This document shows, piece by piece, positions 56,742-64,000 of a stretch of 64,000 nucleotides of DNA; within the stretch, counting starts at the first letter, position 1; each line of letters starts with the position of its first letter. The DNA lies in NCBI GenBank assembly GCA_016869175.1, contig VGEV01000001.1, positions 1,476 to 65,475 of the forward strand, in the 5' to 3' direction. A program made the position numbers and the translations under genes. Below the pieces are notes generated by a model. The model was not told the DNA's origin. It was given only the letters and a program-made list of their open reading frames with translations, and searched no databases. This DNA is from Alphaproteobacteria bacterium. Lineage in GTDB: Bacteria > Pseudomonadota > Alphaproteobacteria > GCA-2731375.

Positions 56742-58773
56742 GTGACGGAACTCTCAGGCTTCGCGCTGCCTGCAAGGCGCGTGCTGGCGCATTGGCCGCG
56801 CGCGCTGGCGGCTTGGCTGGCCGAGCAGGCTGGGGCCGAACGCGGAGGCTGGCCGCTATGGCTGCCGGTGGCGTTCGGCACGGGCATCGCCGGCTATTTC
56901 GCCCTGCCGGTCGAGCCCGCGGCCGCCTGGCTGCCGGCGATGTTGGCGGGCGGGCTGCTGACGATGTTAGGGGCGCGTCGCCATCCGATCAGCCTGCTGG
57001 TGGCGTTCGTCCTGTTCGGCTTCACCGCGGCGCAGTGGCGCGCCAGCCAGGTCGCGGCCCCGGTGATCGCCGAGAGCGAGCGGCCCTGGCTGCTGGAGGG
57101 GCGGCTGGCCGATCTGCGGGGCGATCCGCGCGGCCAGCGCCTGGTATTGAAGGATCTCAGCATTCAGGGCCTGCCCCGGGAGCGCACGCCGGCCGTGGTG
57201 CGGGTGACGTGGCGGGGTGAAGCGGCAAGGACCGCAAGCTCCTTGCGCATCGGCGAACGGGTCCGCCTGCGGGCGATCCTGAACCCACCGGCGGGACCCG
57301 GCGAGCCGGCGGGCTTCGACTATGCCCGGGCCGCCTGGTTCGAGCGGCTGGGAGCCGTCGGCTATGCGCTGTCGGCGCCGCAGGCCGTCGCCAGCAGCGC
57401 GTCGCCCGGCGGCTTCGCCGACCGGCTGGCGGCCATGCGCGAAGCCGTCGAGCGGCAGGTGCGCGCGGCCCTGCCGGGTCCGGAGGGCGCGGTCGCGGCG
57501 GCCCTGTTCACCGGCGATGCCGGGGCCATTCCGCCCGCCGTCATCGCGGCGATGCGCGACTCCGGGCTGCAGCATCTGCTGTCGATTTCCGGCCTGCACA
57601 TGGTGCTGGTGGCCGGCGTCGTGTTCTCCACGATCCGGCTGCTGCTGGCCGCCGTCGAGCCGCTGGCGCTCGCCTGGCCGATCAAGAAGCTGGCGGTGGT
57701 GGCGGCCTTGCTGGCGACCTTCGCCTATCTGCTTCTGACCGGTGGGCCGGTACCGACCCAGCGTGCCTTCCTGATGCTGGCCGTGGTGTTGCTGGCGATC
57801 CTGCTCGACCGGCAGCCGTTGTCCCTGCGCCTGGTCCCGTTGGCGATCCGGTGGCGGGTGGGGGCGCCGCTGTTTGCTCTACCTGGCCGGCCTGCCGCTG
57901 GCCAGCCTGGTGGCCGGATTGGCAACCGCGCCCTACGCCGCTTTCCATTTCAACCGCTTCGCGGTCTATGGCCTGTTCGCCAACCTGCTGGCGGTGCCGC
58001 TCACGTCGTTTCTGGTGATGCCGGCGGCGGTGCTGGCCGCGGCGCTGATGCCGCTCGGCCTGGCGGACCCGGGCTTGTGGCTCATGGGACAGGGGGTGGC
58101 GGGCATACTGGCGATCGCTCACGCCTTCACCGCGTTGCCGGGCGCCGCCTGGCTGGTTGCGGCGCAACCAACGGGCCTGCTGGTTCTGCTGACCGTGGCC
58201 GGCCTGTGGCTGTGCCTGTGGCGGCGGATATGGCGGCATCTGGGCTGGCTTGGCATTGCCGCTGCCCTGCTGCTGGCGGCATTGCCGGGTCGGCCGCCGG
58301 ACCTGCTGGTCGACGGCCAGGGACGGCTGATGGCCGGGCGGGCCGCCGACGGTCGCTTGCTGCTGCCGGCCGGCGCCGAAAAGGGCCTCCTGACGCAGAC
58401 CTGGCTGCGGCGCTTCGGGCAGGCCGAAGCGGTCGCCGATGCCAGCGTGCTGGCCTGCGACCGGCTCGGTTGCGTCTGTCGCCGGGACGGCCGCAGCGTG
58501 CTGCTGGTCCGCCAACGCCGCGCGGCGCTTGAGGATTGCGGTGGGTTCGACCTGTTGTTGGGCGCCAGCTGGCCGCCGCGCTGCCAGCGCGCGGGTACCG
58601 CGATCAGCGGCGACGATATGCGCAGGGCGGGCGCCGTGGCGATCTGGTTCACCGCCGATGGCTACCGGATCGAAAGCGCGCGCGAGCACCGCGGCGAGCG
58701 GCCCTGGGTGCTGGCGGCCGACCGCCAGCCGCGGCCTTCGCGCCGTTCAGTAGCGGCGCAGCAAGGCGACTAG
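56742..58773 (+). pseudogene. comEC: ComEC/Rec2-family DNA internalization channel protein, apparent +1 frameshift near 57850-57880 (two ORFs: 56742..~57870 and 57874-58773)
   Basis: Frame A carries ...LAILLDRQPLSLRLVPLAI, then degenerates. Frame B resumes ...LPLASLVAGLATAPYAAFHFNRFAVYGLFANLLAVPLTSFLVMP (competence domain). The switch lies at GTGGGGGCGCC. Confidence 0.6.
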
Positions 58774-59430
58774 GCGGCCCTGGATCTTCACCCGGTTGGG
58801 GGGAAAGATGCGCGTCTCGTAGCTCTTGTTGGCCGGCTCCAGCGCCACCGAGTTGCCGCGTCGCCGCAGCCGCTTCAGCGTGGCTTCCTCGTTGTCGACC
58901 AGCGCCACCACGATCTCGCCGTTCTCCGCCGCCTCGGTACGCCGGATGACCGCGGTGTCGCCGTCCAGAATGCCCGCCTCGACCATCGAGTCGCCGGCGA
59001 TCTCCACGGCAAAATGCTCGCCCTGACCCAACAGGTCGGAGGGCACGTTGATGAAATTGGAAGGATCGGCCAGCGCGGCGATGGGCGTGCCGGCGGCGAT
59101 GCGGCCGTAGAGCGGCATCGAAACCGACTCAGTTTCGCGCTCGGGCTTGCGCACGCCGGGGAAGTCGGCCTTGACCACTGTCGCCGCGAAACCGCGCGGC
59201 GGCGGCGCCACCGTGGTCTCCGGCAGGCGGACCACTTCAAGCGCACGGGCCCGATGCGCCAGCCGTTTGATGAAACCGCGTTCCTCCAGCGCCGAGATCA
59301 AGCGATGGATGCCGGATTTCGAGCGCAGGCCCAGCGCCTCTTTCATTTCGTCGAAAGACGGCGAGATGCCGTTCTGAGCAAGGTGCTGGTTGATGTACCG
59401 CAACAGCTCGTGTTGTTTGCGTGTCAGCAT
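58747..59430 (-). CDS. lexA: LexA repressor
   Basis: N-terminal winged [15 protein letters not shown]. Cleavage site and peptidase motifs ...AAGTPI...[13 protein letters not shown]. 227 aa. Confidence 0.94.
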   Translation of the reverse strand: MLTRKQHELLRYINQHLAQNGISPSFDEMKEALGLRSKSGIHRLISALEERGFIKRLAHRARALEVVRLPETTVAPPPRGFAATVVKADFPGVRKPERETESVSMPLYGRIAAGTPIAALADPSNFINVPSDLLGQGEHFAVEIAGDSMVEAGILDGDTAVIRRTEAAENGEIVVALVDNEEATLKRLRRRGNSVALEPANKSYETRIFPPNRVKIQGRLVALLRRY

Positions 59431-59490
59431 GCTGGGTGCCTCGCCGTCTCGCCGTCCCCGACCCGCTAGATCTGGAACAAAAGCAAAACC

Positions 59491-59505
59491 TAGGCACATG
59501 TTCTA
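59491..59505. promoter_or_regulatory. Alphaproteobacterial SOS box GTTC-TAGTTTG-GTTC (perfect GTTC-N7-GTTC) upstream of lexA
   Basis: About 60 bp upstream of the lexA start codon. A degenerate second copy, GAACAAAAGCAAAAC, sits at 59466-59480. Confidence 0.7.
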
Positions 59506-59548
59506 GTTTGGTTCGGTCCCGTCGTCAAGCTCGGCAAGGACCGCGCGA

Positions 59549-60775
59549 TCAGAACCCGCCCAGCGTGCCGCTCAGCGCCAGGGCCTGCACCGGCCGGCCC
59601 GCGGTCAGTGCCGGAGCGTGCGGGGCGCGCACGACCAGGGCATCGGCGCGTGCCAGGCGCAGCAGGTTGGAGCTGTCCTGGCGCTCGAACGGGCTCACCT
59701 CCCACTGACCGTCGGCCCTCCAGGCCGCGCTGGCGCGCATGTAGTCCTCGCGCCGGTCGTTGGCCGGCAAGTCGCGGCCCAGCAGGGCCGGGCGGAAGTC
59801 CGGCAGCCCGCCTTCGCAGCCCTGCAAGCGGAAGAGTGCCGGCCGCAGGAACAGCAGGCCGCAGACCAGCGAGGCGACCGGATTGCCGGGGAAGCCGAGC
59901 AGCGGAATATCGCCGACGCGCCCGAACATCAAAGGCTTGCCGGGCCGCATGGCGACCTGCCAGAAGTCGAGCTTCAGACCGCGCGGCGCCAGCGCCTCGC
60001 GCACCAAGTCGTGCTCGCCCACCGACGCGCCGCCCAGCGTCACCAACAGATCACAACCCCTGGCGCCCGCGGCGTGTTCGGCGACCGAGGCGACGCGGTC
60101 GCGGGCGATGCCGAGGTCGACCGTCTCGCCGCCGCTGCCGCGGATGAGCGCGGCCAGCGCCAGCGCGTTGGAGCTGACGATCTGACTGGGGCCGATCGGC
60201 TCGCCGGGCCGCACGATTTCGTCGCCCGTCGCCAACACACCGATTCGCGGTCGCCGCCGGACCTCCAGCCACGGCAGGTTCATCGCCGCCGCCAGGCCGA
60301 TATCGCGCGCGGTCAGCGCCCGGCCGGCGGCGATGCCGACCTGTCCGACCTGAAAGTCGAACCCCGCTTCGCGCACATGCCGGCCCCGGGCAGCGGCCTC
60401 CCGCACCGATACGATGGCGCCCGGTTGCTGGCCTTCGGCTTCGGTATCTTCCTGAATGACGACGGCGTCCGCGCCCTCGGGCAGCACCGCGCCGGTGAAG
60501 ATGCGCACGGCCTGACCGGGGCCCAGCCGGCCGGCGAAGGCCTCGCCCGCCCGGCTCATGCCGACCAGTTTCAGGCGCGCGGGCACGGCCGCCACGTCGA
60601 CGGCGCGCACGGCATAGCCGTCCATGGCGGAGACCGCGGCCGGCGGCTGCATCACGCGGGCCGCCGCGTCGCGCGCCAGCACCCGGCCGTGGCCGGCGGA
60701 CAGCGCCACCGTCTCCCAGGGCAGCGGCGCCAACTCGGCCAGGATGCGGTCACGGGCTTCGACGACTGAAATCAT
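59549..60775 (-). CDS. moeA: Molybdopterin molybdenumtransferase
   Basis: MISVVEARDRIL...VSAMDGYAVRA... Confidence 0.9.
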   Translation of the reverse strand: MISVVEARDRILAELAPLPWETVALSAGHGRVLARDAAARVMQPPAAVSAMDGYAVRAVDVAAVPARLKLVGMSRAGEAFAGRLGPGQAVRIFTGAVLPEGADAVVIQEDTEAEGQQPGAIVSVREAAARGRHVREAGFDFQVGQVGIAAGRALTARDIGLAAAMNLPWLEVRRRPRIGVLATGDEIVRPGEPIGPSQIVSSNALALAALIRGSGGETVDLGIARDRVASVAEHAAGARGCDLLVTLGGASVGEHDLVREALAPRGLKLDFWQVAMRPGKPLMFGRVGDIPLLGFPGNPVASLVCGLLFLRPALFRLQGCEGGLPDFRPALLGRDLPANDRREDYMRASAAWRADGQWEVSPFERQDSSNLLRLARADALVVRAPHAPALTAGRPVQALALSGTLGGF

Positions 60776-60778
60776 CGG

Positions 60779-61255
60779 CTACTCCGCTCGGTAGCTGCCG
60801 GACTTGCCGCCCTCCTTGGCAAGCAAGCGGATGGCTTCAATCCGCATGCCGCGGTCGGCCGACTTGCACATGTCGTAAACGGTAAGGGCCGCGACCGCGA
60901 CCGCGGTCAACGCCTCCATCTCCACGCCCGTACGACCGACCAGCTTGACCGTGGCGCGGATCAGCACCGCGCTGGCGGTCGGGTCGGGAGCAAGCTCGAC
61001 GCTCACCGACGCGAGCGTCAGGGGGTGGCAAAGCGGGATCAGGTCCGCCGTGCGCTTGGCCGCCATGATGCCGGCCAGCCGGGCCACCTGCAGCACGTCG
61101 CCCTTGGCGACGCCGCCCGTCAGGATGCGTTGCAGGGTCTCGGCCCGCATGCACACCCGGCCCTCGGCAACGGCGATGCGTTCGCTCTCGGCCTTGGCCG
61201 AAACGTCGACCATGCGGGCATCGCCCTTGGCATCGAAATGGCTGAACTCCGCCAT
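60779..61255 (-). CDS. moaC: Cyclic pyranopterin monophosphate synthase
   Basis: [17 protein letters not shown]...[10 protein letters not shown]... Confidence 0.93.
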   Translation of the reverse strand: MAEFSHFDAKGDARMVDVSAKAESERIAVAEGRVCMRAETLQRILTGGVAKGDVLQVARLAGIMAAKRTADLIPLCHPLTLASVSVELAPDPTASAVLIRATVKLVGRTGVEMEALTAVAVAALTVYDMCKSADRGMRIEAIRLLAKEGGKSGSYRAE

Positions 61256-61257
61256 GT

Positions 61258-62063
61258 TCAGGCGCTTGCCGGCAGCGGGTGGCGGCCCAGCAGGGCGCGC
61301 GTCGCCGCGCTCACGTCGGCTTGCCGCAGCAACGATTCGCCGACCAGGAAGGCGCGAAAGCCGGCGCGCGCAAGACGCAGCAAGTCGGCGTGCCCGGCAA
61401 GGCCGCTTTCCGCGACGCGAAACACGCCGGCCGGCAGCAGGCTGGCCAGCCGCTCGCTCACCGCAAGATCGACCCGCAGCGACTTGAGATCGCGGTTGTT
61501 GACGCCGATCAGTCGTACCCCCAGCGCCAGCGCCCGCTCGGCTTCCGCCTCGTCATGCACCTCGGTCAAGACGTCGAGACCCTGCTCGCCCGCCGTCGCC
61601 AGCAGTTCGGCCGCCTGCGCATCCGAGACCGCGGCCATGATCAGCAGGATGCAGTCGGCACCGAGCGCGCGGGCCTCCGCCACCTGGTAGGGCTCCAGCA
61701 TGAAGTCCTTGCGCAGAATCGGCAGGGACACCGCCGCGCGCGCCGCCGCCAGATGCGCATCGGCACCCTGGAAATAGGGTTCGTCGGTCAACACCGAGAG
61801 ACAAGCGGCGCTGCCCGCGAGATAGGACCGGGCCAGGCTCGCAGGGTCGAAGTCGGCCCGGATCAGGCCCTTGGAAGGCGAGGCCTTCTTGATCTCGGCG
61901 ATCAGCGCGAAGCCGTCGCGGGCGGCGGCCGCGAGCGCCTTGGCAAAGCCGCGGGGCGGCGGCGCGGCGGCGGCGGCGCGGGCCAGCATGGGATAGGGGA
62001 GCGACGCCTTGCGGGCGGCGATGTGCCGGCGCTTGTCCGCCAGGATACGAGCCAGCGCATCGC

Positions 62064-62067
<4 letters not shown>
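61258..62067 (-). CDS. trpC: Indole-3-glycerol phosphate synthase
   Basis: [13 protein letters not shown]...[13 protein letters not shown]... Confidence 0.92.
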
Positions 62068-63104
<1,037 letters not shown>

Positions 63105-63308
63105 GAGGGGCCTGAGTAAGCCCAGCCCTTCGGCCCCGTCAAGCGGCCGGGGCGGGCATCGCCGCCGGCTGCGTCGCCGCCCGAGCGTTGCCAAGCCGGG
63201 CGCCGCCGCGCAAGGTGGCCCGCGACGGCCACTTGATTCGCGAGGAACCGCCTGCGCCAGCCTCGGCAACCAAGCCAAGCGGGCCGGGGCGCCAGGCGCA
63301 CCCGCCGG

Positions 63309-64000
63309 TTGGCGACCTTTTTCCGCCGCAAACGGGACCTGGGTGGCCTTCTGTCGGTGTCGCTGGCCGCGCTGCTTGCGGCGTTGGCCCTGGTTCTGGT
63401 TTGGCGCGGCGCCGCGCCGCCGCCAGCGGCCGCCGACTACGCGAGCGACATGGCCGACGCGGCCATCGCACCCGCGAGCGGCGGCGATGCCGCGGCGCGA
63501 CCGCAAACCCTCGAGCTGAAGGCCGCATTGCCCGTGCCGCCCACCGCCGCGACGGTGCCGCTGCGCGCAACCGATGGCTCGCCCAAGCGGCGGGCGGCCC
63601 GCTTGGCGCTGGTGATCGACGATCTGGGCCTCAACTCAGCCGCGACGCAGCGCGCCATCGCCCTGCAAGGACCGCTCACGCTTGCCTTTCTGCCCTATGG
63701 CCGCGACTTGCCGTCATTGACCCTGGAGGCCCGGCGGGTCGGTCACGAACTGCTTGTGCACATGCCGATGGAGCCCGACGACGTCACCCGCGACCCGGGT
63801 CCGCTCGCCTTGCGCACGGCCTTGGCGGAGGACGAGCTGCACGCCCGGCTTGCGTGGAATCTTAGCCGGTTCCGGGGCTTCGTTGGGATCAACAATCACA
63901 TGGGCAGCCGGTTCACGCGCGAACGGTCCGGCATGAACCAGATGATGCGCCTATTGGCCGACCGGCAATTGCTGTTTCTCGACAGCATGACCACCGACGA
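63309..64000 (+). CDS. Divergent polysaccharide deacetylase family (YibQ-like) protein, 3' end outside window
   Basis: Frame not in the ORF track because no stop falls in the window. TM anchor LLSVSLAALLAALALVLVW, then ...LALVIDDLG...LPYGRDL...HMPMEP...INNHMGSRFT (PF04748-like motifs). Start is uncertain (TTG 63309, or ATG 63450). Confidence 0.5.
   Translation, partial: MATFFRRKRDLGGLLSVSLAALLAALALVLVWRGAAPPPAAADYASDMADAAIAPASGGDAAARPQTLELKAALPVPPTAATVPLRATDGSPKRRAARLALVIDDLGLNSAATQRAIALQGPLTLAFLPYGRDLPSLTLEARRVGHELLVHMPMEPDDVTRDPGPLALRTALAEDELHARLAWNLSRFRGFVGINNHMGSRFTRERSGMNQMMRLLADRQLLFLDSMTTD

Noticed and set aside
63188-63865. 225-aa plus-strand ORF at the right edge
   Set aside because: Arg/Ala/Gly-rich junk frame. 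The real gene here is in another plus-strand frame (the YibQ-like protein, TM anchor plus VIDDLG...NNHMGS), which is absent from the ORF track because it has no in-window stop.

Overview
High-GC (about 68-70%) alphaproteobacterial chromosome segment, with Rhodospirillales-like gene order. It is almost entirely conserved housekeeping core. The left end holds a partial sensor histidine kinase. Next come tRNA-Leu(TAG), the proteostasis cluster tig-clpP-clpX-lon-hupB, tRNA-Val(TAC), tRNA-Asp(GTC) and the complete 14-gene nuoA-N complex I operon. These are followed by birA, two tandem type-III pantothenate kinase (coaX) paralogs, rnj, mce, a DUF1467-like small membrane protein, proS, lolE-lolD and dnaE. 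Then come rpsB-tsf-pyrH-frr-uppS-cdsA-dxr-rseP-bamA-skp-lpxD-fabZ-lpxA-lpxI-lpxB-gloA. On the minus strand are gltA, gltX, lexA-moeA-moaC-trpC-trpD, with comEC convergent to lexA. A partial YibQ-like divergent polysaccharide deacetylase gene sits at the right edge. The clearest accessory element is a roughly 4 kb two-gene operon between tRNA-Val and tRNA-Asp, which are normally adjacent in this conserved block. It pairs a GH3-family acyl-acid amido synthetase with a lipoprotein penicillin/AHL-acylase-family (peptidase S45) Ntn-hydrolase. A 14-bp perfect palindrome sits in the promoter region of this operon. Other points of interest: tandem diverged coaX paralogs; a possible small RNA ending in a strong intrinsic terminator between the DUF1467 gene and proS; a small Cys-containing secreted protein; an apparent frameshift in comEC at a G5 tract; and a perfect alphaproteobacterial SOS box (GTTC-N7-GTTC) upstream of lexA. 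No CRISPR arrays, integrases, transposases or phage genes were seen. The many long ORFs antisense to real genes are GC-bias artefacts. All calls rest on motif and family recognition in the supplied translations plus manual inspection of the sequence. No database search was run.
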